Counted from the first letter of the stretch, positions 1 to 10,802 are shown. The stretch: DNA of 64,000 nucleotides from Octopus sinensis (GCF_006345805.1 NW_021836150.1:1-64000), one strand, 5' to 3'. Numbers and translations: made by a program. The notes: generated by a model from the letters alone, not told the origin.

Positions 1-131
1 GTGTGTATGAGTGGACTGAGAGGTTTAAAAGTGGCTGGACAAGTGTGACACATGAAGAGGGAGCAGGACACTCGTCAAGCTCCACCACTGATGGGAAGAT
101 TCAGCAAGCTCGGGAGATGGTAATGGTGAAC
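1..131 (+). mobile_element. mariner transposase relic (second HTH/linker region), cut by window start
   Basis: Translates VYEWTERFKSGWTSVTHEEGAGHSSSSTTDGKIQQAREMV, matching the mariner pattern VYEWxxRFKxGRxSxxDxxRSGRPxTxxTxENIxxVxxxV (family knowledge). Confidence 0.8.
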
Positions 132-150
132 TGGTTCACCATTACCATCT

Positions 151-367
151 TTTGGATCACTGCTTTATGTTCTTCTTTGCTGCACATTGCTAGTGGAGAT
201 GCCATGCTTACACTGTAAAGCCAGAAATAAAAATGGCACGATCAGGCTCAAACTTTGATCACGTAACCACAATAGTACCAAATATAAGCATGACTGTGCA
301 GAAGGTGGTGTGACAATAAAAAGTATGTTATGGCAAAAGTGCAGATAATTTTTGACTTCTCCTTGTA
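151..367 (-). mobile_element. mariner left end (TIR + 5' leader + transposase N-terminus), inverted relative to 1-131
   Basis: Minus strand starts TA-CAAGGAGAAGTCAAAAATTATCTGCAC (mariner-type TIR, TA at 366-367). ATG at 205 gives MASPLAMCSKEEHKAVIQK, resembling mariner N-termini (..CTKEEQRAVIRFL). Confidence 0.7.
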
Positions 368-600
368 TGTGTGTGTATATGTGACTTTCTGCCTGTGTTT
401 GTCCTTGATCACCACTTGACAACTAGTTTTGGTGTATTTACATCCCTGTAACTTAGTAGTTAGGCAAAAAGGCTGATAGAATAAGTACCATGCTTTAAAA
501 AACAAAAAACATAAGTTCTGGGGTCAATTTGTTCAACTAAAATTCCTCAAGGTGGTGCCCCAGCATAGCCACAGTCTAATAACTGAAACAAGTGATAGAT
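368..600 (+). mobile_element. SINE family A, diverged 3' half
   Basis: Matches the 3' half of the full copies at 1032-1424 and 11338-11755 (cttgacaac..tagaataagtac..cagcatagccacagtc..ctgaaacaag). Confidence 0.75.
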
Positions 601-744
601 ATAAAAGATATATAAAAAAAATAAATACACGCACACACACACATATATGTATGTATACAAATATTTATATACATACACACACACACACATACTCACATAC
701 ATGAGAGTTATATGGAAAGTAAGGCAAAAGTAGGATAAAAAAAT

Positions 745-950
745 TGGTGGGGTGGGTAGCTGCCAGACAAAGTGCACCATGACATTTCTTCTACCTTATA
801 TTCTGAGTTCAAACTCCACAAAGGTTGACTTTGACTTCCATCCTTTTGGAGCCGATGAAATAAGTATCAGCAGAGCACTGGGGACAATGTAGTTGACAAG
901 CTTCCTACTCCCAAAATTTCAAGCCTTGTGCCAATAGCAGAAGGGATTAC
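745..950 (+). mobile_element. SINE family C (CORE-like), diverged
   Basis: gagttcaaactcc (B-box-like) followed by aggttgactttgacttccatcc..aaataagtatcag..cactgggg, shared with the copies at 2351-2710 and 47290-48010. Confidence 0.7.
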
Positions 951-1031
951 CAAATGATACAGGTTGTTCAAATTGCTCATCGCAGCAGAGTAACACTTTA
1001 TCTATACAAAGATATTACTAAGGAGTTTCCA

Positions 1032-1424
1032 GCAGGAGTGGCTGTGTGGTAAGTAGCTTGCTTACCAGCCACATGGTTCCGGGTTCAGTCTCACTGCATG
1101 GCACCTTGGGCAAGTGTCTTCTACTATAGCCTCGGGCTGACCAAAGCCTTGTGAGTGGATTTGGCAGATGGAAACTGAAAGAAGCCCGTTTTATATATGT
1201 ATATATATGTATGTGTGTGTGTGTTTGTGTGTCTGTGTTTGTCCCCCCAACATCACTTGACAACCAATGCTGGTATGTTTAATCCGCATAACCTAGTGGT
1301 TTGGCAAAAGAGGCCAATAGAATAAGTACAAGGCTTCCAAAGAATAAGTCCTGGGGGCGATTTGCTTGACTGAAGGCGGTGCTCCAGCATGGCCGCAGTC
1401 AAATGACTGAAACAAGTAAAAGAG
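1032..1424 (+). mobile_element. SINE family A, full length (tRNA-derived head, internal TA/TG microsatellite, AAGAGTA-type tail)
   Basis: A-box-like TGGCTGTGTGG, B-box-like GGTTCAGTC, CORE-like CACCTTGGGCAAGTGTC; more than 15 related copies in the window. Confidence 0.9.
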
Positions 1425-1760
1425 AATAGCACTACTGATGCATTTGTACAATCATTGAACCTCCACCATTGATTCCTCTTTGAAATGGTTTCAAGTGTGA
1501 ACAGTTCTAGCGTCTTTTTCACAGCCAATTTTTGACATGGTCCAATTCATCAAATACACTATCTGCAAGGACCATCCTTTATTAGATTGTGCACTTGGAA
1601 GTTGAAGAACACCAAATCTGGGCTGCATGGTTTGTGTGACCAGTAACCAGCCCTCTTTACTGATTGTCTAATTTGTTGCCAAATCTTTATGTGGTTGCCC
1701 ACTATCTTAATCAACGTAGACCGTTTGCAGATTTTTGTCCAGTCTCTACCTCGTAATGGC

Positions 1761-2183
1761 TCTCTTTACTCTTTTACTCTTTTACTTGTTTCAGCCATTT
1801 GACTGTGGCCATGCTGGAGCACCGCCTTTAGTCGAGCAAATCGACCCAGGGACTTATTCTTTGTAAGCCCAGTACTTATTCTATCGGTCTCTTTTGCTGA
1901 ACTGCTAAGTGACGGGGACGTAAACACACCAGCATCGGTTGTCAAGCAATGCTAGGGGGACAAACACAGACACACAAACATATACACACACACACATATA
2001 TATATATACATACATATATACGACAGGCTTCTTTCAGTTTCCGTCTACCAAATCCACTCACAAGGCATTGGTCGGCGCGGGGCTATAGCAGAAGACACTT
2101 GCCCAAGATGCCACGCAGTGGGACTGAACCCGGAACCATGTGGTTGGTTAGCAAGCTACTTACCACACAGCCACTCCTGCGCC
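1761..2183 (-). mobile_element. SINE family A, young full-length copy
   Basis: Reverse complement of family A with most CpGs intact; highly similar to 3067-3481, 52171-52583 and 62081-62487. Confidence 0.92.
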
Positions 2184-2350
2184 TAAGTTTTTGAGTATCT
2201 TTTTTCATCATTTGCTGTGCAAAGTATAGCCACTTACCAGAAAATTAAGAAGAATGATGCCCTTATCATCCCCAAAGACAATCATCATGACTTTCTGTGT
2301 TTATTGCTAGCTGTTGAAATTCTTAGGCCACAGAGAAGTGGTATGATACT

Positions 2351-2710
2351 ATTCTTATTTCTTTACTGCCCACAAGGGGCTACACACAGAGGGGACAAAC
2401 AAACAGATAAAGTTGATTATATCGGCGGGACGGCGCTTCGAAGCATCATTCCCGGGTCGGGTCCGCGCGTTCGCCGCGAGGTTCGCGTCCTCCGACGTTC
2501 CCGCTCCGACTCAGGTGTAGCAGGCAGCCGGGGACCCGAAAGATGGCGATTATATCGACCCCAGTGTGTAACTGGTCCTTATTTAATCAACCCCAAAAGG
2601 ATGAAAGGCAAAGTCGACCTCGGCAGAATTTGAACTCAGAACATAGCAGTAGACGAAATACTGCTAAGCATTTCACCCGTTTTGCTAATGATTCCACTAG
2701 CTCGCCGCCA
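2351..2710 (-). mobile_element. SINE family C, young copy with 9-bp TSD, carrying a GC-rich insertion
   Basis: ggatgaaaggcaaagtcgacctcggcagaatttgaactc (reverse complement of CORE-like + B-box region); flanked by TATGATACT direct repeats. Confidence 0.88.
2425..2547 (+). pseudogene. probable 28S rRNA (D3 expansion/downstream core) retro-fragment
   Basis: 123 bp, 86/123 GC (70%). Ends in GGACCCGAAAGATGG (2532-2546), the conserved eukaryotic LSU motif 3' of D3. Flanked by a perfect 10-bp direct repeat GATTATATCG (2415-2424, 2548-2557). Only the 15-nt motif is recognised from memory. Confidence 0.7.
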
Positions 2711-3066
2711 TATGATACTCTTCTGTGCACTGAGCCTTCATTTTGAGATCAAAAACATATGCCCACATTTCCTCCCCTGTGTTATAAAAAAATGTCTTTG
2801 ATGGCTTCAATGATTTCCAGTCGATTTCCAAACCAGGTGGCAACTGCCAAGGTACATACTTTGCACACAATTTCTAATTCCCAAAGCCTTCCACCATCTT
2901 CAGTAATATGTTGTGGGAGCAGTCCAGTTGTGCAGAAAACTCATGGATTGTGAATTGTTTGTCTGCAGAAGGTAATTTGTGCACCCACTGACAATCATTG
3001 TCAGAGGTCACGGTGTAAGGCTTTCCAACTTACTTTAAACTCCTTCATCTGTCTGTGAACATTGCT

Positions 3067-3481
3067 CTTACTCTTTACTCTTTTACTTGTTTCAGTCATT
3101 TGACTGCGGCCATGCTGGAGCACCGCCTTTAGTCGAGCAAATCAACCCCAGGACTTATTCTTTGTAAGCCCAGTACTTATTCTATCGGTCTCTTTTGCTG
3201 AACCGTTATGTGACGGGGATGTAAACACACCAGTATCGGCTGTCATGCAATGCAAGGGGGACAAACACAGACACACAAACATACACACAAATACATATAT
3301 ATATATATACATATATACGACAGGCTTCTTTCAGTTTCAGTCTACCAAATCCACTCACAAGGCATTGGTCGGCCCGAGGCTATAGCAGAAGACACTTGCC
3401 CAAGATGCCACGCAGTGGGACTGAACCCGGAACCATGTGGTTGGTAAGCAAGCTACTTACCACACAACCACTCCTGCGCCT
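3067..3481 (-). mobile_element. SINE family A, young full-length copy with ATTGCT TSD
   Basis: Reverse complement of family A, flanked by ATTGCT on both sides. Confidence 0.92.
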
Positions 3482-3796
3482 ATTGCTGTTATCAGTGGTA
3501 TTATCTCAATAACAACAACAACCTGTAGACTTCTCAGAATGCCAGACAAACTGTACCCTTTCATCAAGAACTCAATGATGGAACACTGGTTCTGCTTGGG
3601 ATTTATTATTTGCCTGAAATCAAGAACAGGAAGAAGAGTTATAATAGAGAAATAGATACTCTACTCACATGAGCAATTTGATATGAGATACTGGTGATGC
3701 CCCAGCTTGGCTACATCATTTGGGTTTAGATGCATAGAAAAATGAAAGAATAACTGTACACACACACACACTCACGTTTATATATATATATATATT

Positions 3797-4145
3797 TTTG
3801 GGGGGTGGCTAATTTTGAAATTAAATCGGCAGTTTATATTTACTGCTGAGTAAACCGTGCGAGCGTGGTGGATTTTGAAAATTTATAGCATATAGACTCG
3901 AGGCATGTTTATCGTCGCCTCGTGGATATATGTTAGTCCTTGGTTTTTCTGCTGACGAGGCAACGCCAGTGGTAAATAAATTAATTTTATTTACAAAAGA
4001 TTGCCGAAACTATGCATAGTCCAGAAAGGAGAGGGTAAACGTTTTTATTTCTCTTTCCATTTCAGAATTACAACTATTAGTGGTTTGGAGTTTGGCTGCT
4101 CTTTCTAGTGAGTCGGATGTCCTATTATGGCCATCCCTTATATGT

Positions 4146-4150
<5 letters not shown>
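3797..4150 (+). mobile_element. ORF-less hammerhead-bearing cassette between (TA)n arrays (Penelope pLTR/retrozyme-like)
   Basis: CpG-richer ~350-bp segment bounded by (TA)n on both sides; contains the ribozyme plus small hairpins CGAGGC/GCCTCG and GCAGT/ACTGC; no ORF. Confidence 0.55.
3946..4027 (+). ncRNA. type I hammerhead ribozyme, intact core
   Basis: Stem I TTTCTG(3946-51)/CAGAAA(4022-27); core CTGACGA (3952-58); stem II GGCAA(3959-63)/TTGCC(4001-05) extended by a 9-bp hairpin GTAAATAAA/TTTATTTAC; GAAA (4006-09); palindromic stem III ACTATGCATAGT; cleavage triplet GTC (4019-21). Confidence 0.9.
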
Positions 4151-4182
<32 letters not shown>

Positions 4183-4218
4183 CATGGAGAGCGGACGTTA
4201 AATGATGATGATGATGAT

Positions 4219-5790
4219 CATCATCATCATATCATCATCATTTAATGTCCATTTTGCATACCGGTATGGGTTGTACGGCTTGACAAGAACTAACAAGGCC
4301 AGAGACCACACCAGGTCCTATCGTCTGTTTTGGCTTGATTTCTACAGCTGCTTGCTCTTCCTAATGCCAACTACTTTACAAAGTGTACTGGTTGCTTTTT
4401 ATGTAGCACCATCACCTGTAAATTTTACATGGTACCATGGTTTCAGGATGTCACGTCTGTTGTGAAAGGTGGGTCTTCTTGAGTACAGCAATGTACCATA
4501 TATCTGGATCTTTTGTCATTTCCTTCCTAAGAGTCAGCATCCTGAGATCAGCCTTCAATACTTAGTCCCATATCTTCCTGGGTCTCTCTCTTTCACAAAT
4601 TCCATCCACTTTAAGCAATCAGCACTTCGTTATTTAACTATTCTCATCCATCTGCATCACATGACCAAACCAGCTCAGTCTTTTCTCTTGCACACTGCAC
4701 CTAATTCCTCTTACGTGTAACTTTTCTCTCAATACACCAGCATTCTGTTGCACTGGTATTCTTTTATTTGTTTCAGTCATTTGACTGCAGCCATGCTGGG
4801 GCACCGCCTTTAGTTGAACAATCGACCCCAGGACTTATTGTTTGTAAGCCTAGTACTTATTCTATTGGCTTCCTTTGCCGAACCACTAATTTACAGGGAT
4901 GTGAACACACCAACATTGGTCGCCAAGCAATAGTGTGGGGACAAACACGGACACACGGACACACACACACACATATACACACACACATGATGAGCTTCTT
5001 TCAGTTTCCGTGTACCAAATTCACCCACAAGGCTTTGGTCAGCCCGAAGCTGTAGGAGAAGGCACTTGCCCAAGGTGCCATGCAGTGGAACTGAACCTGG
5101 AACCATGTGGCTGGTAAGCAAGTTACTTACCACACAGCCACTCCCCCGCACCTATATGCTGACATTGCACACCTAAAGGAGTATACCAGCTTCATTCCTC
5201 TCAAGTCTTCACATGTCTTCTACATTCAAGGCCCAAGTCTTACTACCATGTAGTATTGCAGTTCATACACATCATACAATCTTTCTTTCCCTCAAACAGA
5301 GACCTTTGATAGCCAACAGAAGCAAAAGTTCTCTGAATTTTCTCCATCCTATTTTGTTCTAGCAAATACATTTTTGCTACATCCTCCTCCATTGCTAATG
5401 AGGTCAACTATGTAGCAGAAACTATCTTCTACTTCGAGAGAGCTTCTGAAATTTTTGAGGAAACCAGTTCCCTTTATATCGGTAGTCTTTATGGCTCCTG
5501 TGCATCTTCCACATACAAACATTACTTTCTCTGTTAACATTGATACTATTCTACTGCATTTTTTTCTGTGTCCTTAGCTTGCGCTGGTTACACCAAATGG
5601 AATTTCTGCTCATACCTTTCCTGCATATCGAACAGGGCCATTTGCCTGAACAGGAAGGGTATTTTCTGTTTCCCTGCTTACTAGGACCTTGGTCTTTTCT
5701 CTAAGTTAACTTTTAGATCTTTTGTTTCCAAGTTTTTTTTTTCCACATCCGGAATTTCTATTTTAATTACAGATTCTGTTATGATTCTCA
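4219..5790 (-). mobile_element. RTE-clade LINE 3' portion (RT C-terminus + 3' UTR + (GAT)n tail), interrupted by a SINE
   Basis: Minus strand gives FVCGRC..LEVEDSFCYIVDLISNGGGCS (5540-5349) and RLSWFGHVMQMDE..GICERERPRKIW..DLRML (4740-4470). It continues into the family-B 3' sequence ending ggacattaaatgatgatg. Confidence 0.85.
4761..5152 (-). mobile_element. SINE family A, older copy nested in the RTE LINE
   Basis: Reverse-complement match to family A with CpG decay. Confidence 0.85.
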
Positions 5791-5807
5791 CACACAAACA
5801 CACAACC

Positions 5808-6035
5808 AACCACATGGTTCTGGGTTAAGTCCCACTGTGTTTGTCCCCCCCAACATTGCTTGACAACCGATATTGGTGTGTTTACATCCCTGTAACTTAG
5901 TGGTTTAGCAAAAGAGACCAATAGAATAAGTACTAGGCTTACAAAGAATAAGTCCTGGGGTCGATTTGCTCAACAAAAGGTGGTGCTCCACCATGGCCAC
6001 AGTCAAATGATTGAAACAAGTTAAAAAATAAAAGA
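5808..6035 (+). mobile_element. SINE family A with internal deletion
   Basis: Head sequence aaccacatggttctgggttaagtcccactg joins directly to tgtttgtcccc of the 3' half; the CORE-like block and microsatellite are missing. Confidence 0.75.
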
Positions 6036-6061
6036 AATATACTCACATACATAAATGTATA

Positions 6062-6350
6062 GGAGCATGGCTCAGTGATTAGAGTGTTGAGTTCACCATC
6101 ATGAGGTAGTGAGTTCAATTCATGGACTAAGCTGTGTATTGTGTTCTTGCGTAAGACACTTTATTTCACATTGCTCCAGTCCACTCAGCTGTAGAAGTGA
6201 TTTGCAATATCACTGATGCCAAGCTGTATCAGCTTTTGCCTTTCCCTTGGCTAACATCGATGGCATAGAGACGGGAGCTGGGATGCATGGGCGACTGCTG
6301 GTCTTCCATAAACAAACTTGCCCAGGTTTGTGCCTTAGAAGGTAACTTTC
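6062..6350 (+). mobile_element. SINE family D, tail type 2
   Basis: tRNA-like head (TGGCTCAGTGA, GAGTTCAATTC), then gtaagacactttatttcacattgctccagtccactcagctg, then a tail shared with 19283-19641. Confidence 0.8.
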
Positions 6351-6782
6351 TAAAGTTCTGATATAAAATGCAAGGAATGGTATTTAACATTTTGGATATC
6401 GTTTGCTTCTACTAAAGAACATGGCGCTCCCACCTTTCTGAGCCTGCAAGCCCATATTGGCACTGGATATTTTGCTGTGGCTTGTCCCTAAATCATGTTA
6501 GTAGGGTGGAGGGGGCCTGTGAGGTGCTGTACAACCCTTGATAGACCTAAAATTTTAGGCTGTGCAATTGTTGGTAAGGCAACTTTCCAATGCGGTGAAC
6601 GTGGAAGCTGAAGGCACAAATTGTTGGTGAAGCTGATTGTAGGTGAAATGACCTCATGTACAGACATTGCTAGCATTGTGAATGGGAAATAGTCAGTGAT
6701 GGTCTTCCTCCTGTCATGAGTAGACAGCAATCATCATAACCATATATATATATATATATTATATATATATATATATGTCAAT

Positions 6783-6946
6783 ATCATCATCGTTTAACGT
6801 CTGTTTTCGATGCTAGCATGGGTTGGACGGTTTGACTGGGGTTTGGGAAGCCAGGAGGCTGCAACAGGCTTCAGAGTCTGATCTGGCAGTGGTTCTACAG
6901 CTGGATGCCCTTCCTAACGCCAACCACTCTGTGAGTGTAGTGGTTG

Positions 6947-6948
<2 letters not shown>
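6783..6948 (-). mobile_element. family B (RTE 3'-end derived), inserted in a (TA)n array
   Basis: atcatcatcgtttaacgtc..gatgcccttcctaacgccaacc, flanked by (TA)n on both sides. Confidence 0.85.
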
Positions 6949-6991
<43 letters not shown>

Positions 6992-7021
6992 CATAATTAC
7001 ATATATATGTATGTGTGTGTA

Positions 7022-7250
7022 TGAAAGTGCCTAATGATTAGGGTGTTGTACTCATGATCTGAAGATTGTGGTTTCAATTCCCAGAACTGGCTATGTATGG
7101 TATTCTTCAGCAAAACAAATCATTACAGATTGATCCAGTCTACTCAACTGTAAATAGAGTAACCTTGCAATGGATTAGCATCCCATTCAGGGGCATTTTG
7201 TGATTTCAGTCACTTACATCCTATGGAGACCCTGCAACCAGCCCTATGAA
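7022..7250 (+). mobile_element. SINE family D, tail type 3, diverged
   Basis: Decayed tRNA-like head and CORE-like block followed by a distinct tail (ccttgcaatggattagcatcccattcagggg). Confidence 0.55.
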
Positions 7251-7879
7251 TCCTTTCTATTTTTTCACTAGAGAAGGTCCATCGATTATTTATGCAATAC
7301 AGTATCAGAACTCATTTCAGCAAATTTTATCAATTAGTTTTGTACAAGAAAATAGTTTTGTACAAGTGCTTGGAAAAACTAATCTTAGCACTCATCAGAA
7401 GGGCTGGTTTGAAAAGAATGGTGCAGGATCTTTGTCACAAGAGGTCAGAAGGCATGATATCTGGTTTCTAGGTGTGGTAATTTGTCAGAGCAAATGAAAG
7501 TGTTGGAGAAGTCTCACTGAGGGAACGTTTGTTTGTTAGAGTTACGTAATGATATGTGAGGTAATTGCTGTAGAGTGGAGTTTGGACTAGGATGCAGATG
7601 GGATGGACTTATTATTGTAACTGCAGAGGAGGGAGTGGAAATGGGGTGGGTAATCATAAAATCATATGTGGATATGTACAAGTATGTGTGCTTCCATGTA
7701 ATAAACCTGGCATGGCAAACCATGGGCACTACCAATAGTGGAAGCTCTAACATTTATATTCATAGAATTGTCTACCAGTCTCCAATGATATATCCGCATT
7801 TATGATGACAAGTTCAATAAAGCTTACTTCTACAATTTAAGCGGGTGTCTAGGCAAAAGGAATTCTTTATTATAATTTA

Positions 7880-8090
7880 GCAATTTACATCATAGACCAT
7901 GATGGTGCTTTTTGATCCCTGTCCAAGGGACATAACGCTAATGAACAAAAGCTTACACTTTGTGTTTTCTCTTAGATATTTTATGACACTTGAAAATCTG
8001 ATGTGACACTTTGTGACCTCCTGTAACAAAGAAACTACTCCATACTTTTCCAACAATTCCATACAATGAGTGCAGAATGAGTACAAAACT
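7880..8090 (-). mobile_element. highly decayed mariner transposase C-terminal relic
   Basis: Minus-strand segment resembling the SDF..KYLRxKxF region of mariner; frameshifted and weak. Confidence 0.35.
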
Positions 8091-8575
8091 GATGGGAAAA
8101 AAAATTGGCTAAAACAGGGCTATAACACTGACTTGTATAAGTATGTATGGGTGTATAAATATATACATGTATATGTGCGTGTGTGTGTGAGCGTGTATTG
8201 CTAGCATGGAAGGTGGATGTTAAATGATGATGATAATGATAAACAAAGTCGAACACACATACACAAGGCATGTCTGTTGTTAGTTTGTCATGTGGCAGTA
8301 TTCTATAGGCATAAGAGAATATAATCTCAATGCCCTTGGTGTAAAATCACCCGAAAGCAGATCACAGCCAAGTGAGACCACTCAAACCAGATCCCGTTTT
8401 TGTGGAACGACAGACATCATTGTTTTGTCATTATTGTGACTTGTCAATACCGTGTACCAACCAAAGAGGTCAGCAGTGAGGTGTCCAACTGGCTATGACT
8501 ATATGCCAAATGGTTTAAGAACATGCCAAGCCATGGAAAAATTTTAAATATGGATTAGAAGCAGTTTGAGGTGTG

Positions 8576-8607
<32 letters not shown>

Positions 8608-10802
8608 CACGTGCATGTGTGTATGTATGAATATGTGTATGTGTGTGCATATATATATATTTATATTTACATATATGTGTGTGTGTGTCTGTGTGTATGC
8701 ATGCTGTATACACATACATATGTATATGCATATATAAAGAGTAACCAAATATGGAGAGAAGTTTGTGGAAGTGAAATGAAGTAAACTAGTTATCATACAC
8801 ACACACATCAATTCTAATTCCTAAGCATGGCTACACCCACTTGCTGAAGTAAGTGAAAATAGGTAAAAGTGTGAGTATGTATGTATATATATATATATAT
8901 ATATATATACATGCATGTGTACAAATATGCACGATCACACACACACACATATATAAATGTAGACACACAGAAACGTATTTCTGTGTGTTCATATATGTAT
9001 GTGTACACATATGCGTATGTGTGCGTGTATATATATATATGTATAAAGTGAAAATATATTTGTGATATATTTTAACTTCTAAAGGCAAAATCACTGCAGT
9101 TACCATGGAGAAAATTTCTTTTATTGCAAATGGTGTAAAAACACATCTGTCCAGTGCTGTCCTCTTTTGGATCCCCAGATACTGTGTTTCTAGCTTTTTA
9201 GCCATTGTCAATGAACAATATCAAAGATAGGTAACTCTGGACTAATCCATTGCTGTAGCTTTAACTAAAACAGTCAACATAAATATATTCCAACATACAA
9301 TGCTTGCAGCCCATCTCTAGAAATAATGCTAAGAAATAGTTTAAATGATGCAAAACCAGCAAGACAACTTTAAGAAATATATGTTTGGATTTGAGAAATT
9401 ATTTACAGAAAGTTAATATTTGGTTTGCTCTGAACATTTCCTCTTCCTTACGAGCAATAAGTTGTTTTGAACCCAGAAGAATTTATTGAAAGAATTGAAT
9501 AATATCTACTACCATACCATCTGAGAGAAAACTTAATTTGATTTAGGATTAATCCCAATATTTGATCAGAATATTAAGTTCATTAAATCATTAAGTATTT
9601 ACTAATGAATCCTAACTATAAACATTTCAAATTTTATTTTGCATTAAAATTTTATCCTATATGTATTCTGATTTTGCAGTAAGAATGCAAATTTTGATTC
9701 TGTTATAAAATACATCAAAACCTTTTCTTTATCTTGTGTAAATCAATCCTACCTTTTACAAAAGAATGTATATGCAATAGTGAATATAATGTACATGGAA
9801 AAATCTGTCATTTTCTATTTAATTTGCCTGCCTATAGATAAATTACATCATTGTTTAATATATTATTTTTCATCATTGTTTAATCTATTATCTTTCAAAA
9901 TATCTAAATTATCACTTACATTGGTCTGATTAAATTAAGTAACTTGAAATTTGTTGTCACTAATTTTACTGTCGCAAATCTTTAATCTATCACATAGGAT
10001 TACTTACCTTCATTATTAAATTAAAAATCATTGATTTAGATTAAAATTTCTTAGACTACATGAATACATATTACTTCCTGAAACTCACCTAAGAGCTTAT
10101 ATTTTTCCTTTTCCAGCAGAGGTTATATATTTCTAGGGCAAATATATCAGCTTATGTTAAAGTGAGAAATGAGATGGTTAAGCTGCTTTCTAGAATAATA
10201 TGAATGAGTTTTCTGAGAAAATGTTACATAATAAATGAAGGTTGCATTGGAAAGCAACGCAAATGTGGGCATGAATTTTTTCTTAAGAGATGTAAGCTGT
10301 TCAAATTGCACATGCTGGTAGAGTAGCTCTTTCTCTACAGCATCTCTTCTCCTTGCTTTTCTTCATTACAGGCAAATAACAGGTTCCAAGCAGAAGCAAT
10401 ATACCATCATTGAGTTCTTGACAAAGGAAGGATGCAGACTGTTCAACATCCACAGAAAGCTGCAGGTTGTTTGGGGAGATGATACTGTCTTGCAAACAAC
10501 TTGCACATGCAAGTGCTACCAGTCAAAAGCTCCGTATACCGGAAGCCAGCAAGTGTATGGGGTCATCAGGAGAGAATGCACGCCATTTCGGGGCCTACCT
10601 CTCGACGGCATCAATGCGCACCGGCCCCCCTCACTGATATGAGGCCCCGCTTGCTAGATCAGCCGGTTATAAAGTTAAACTCAATATCTTTCTAGCCATC
10701 GCTCATCGTCTCTTTTTAACTAAATCCAGTGTGCACAGATAGATGAAATTTAATGAAGGATAAACCAGCAATGAAGAGATACCATACAGAGTTCATATAC
10801 AT

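Larger units (their letters stand above)
1430..3650 (-). mobile_element. near-complete fossil mariner transposase split by three SINE insertions
   Basis: Reading down the minus strand: 3650-3482 KQNQCSIIEFL; 3060-2720 QFTIHEFSAQL..KLCAKYVPWQL..TGEEMW (TGDETW-like); 2340-2184 KVMMIVFGDDKGIILLNFL; 1760-1430 HKPCSPDL (YSPDL-like) and FQRGI. TSDs ATTGCT (3061-3066/3482-3487) and TATGATACT (2342-2350/2711-2719) restore continuity. Confidence 0.85.

Noticed and set aside
2217-2633. 138-aa ORF with Arg/Gly-rich middle
   Set aside because: It crosses mariner antisense sequence, a SINE and the GC-rich rRNA-like insert; open by chance.
7345-7410. Minus-strand CTGATGAG with a GTGCT/AGCAC stem (hammerhead-like)
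   Set aside because: No GAAA follows stem II and no stem I or III forms.
9452-9520. Possible 69-nt minus-strand exon (WYGSRYYSILSINSSGFKTTYC) with AG/GTAAGG sites
   Set aside because: No partner exon or recognisable homology; such site pairs arise often by chance in 64 kb.
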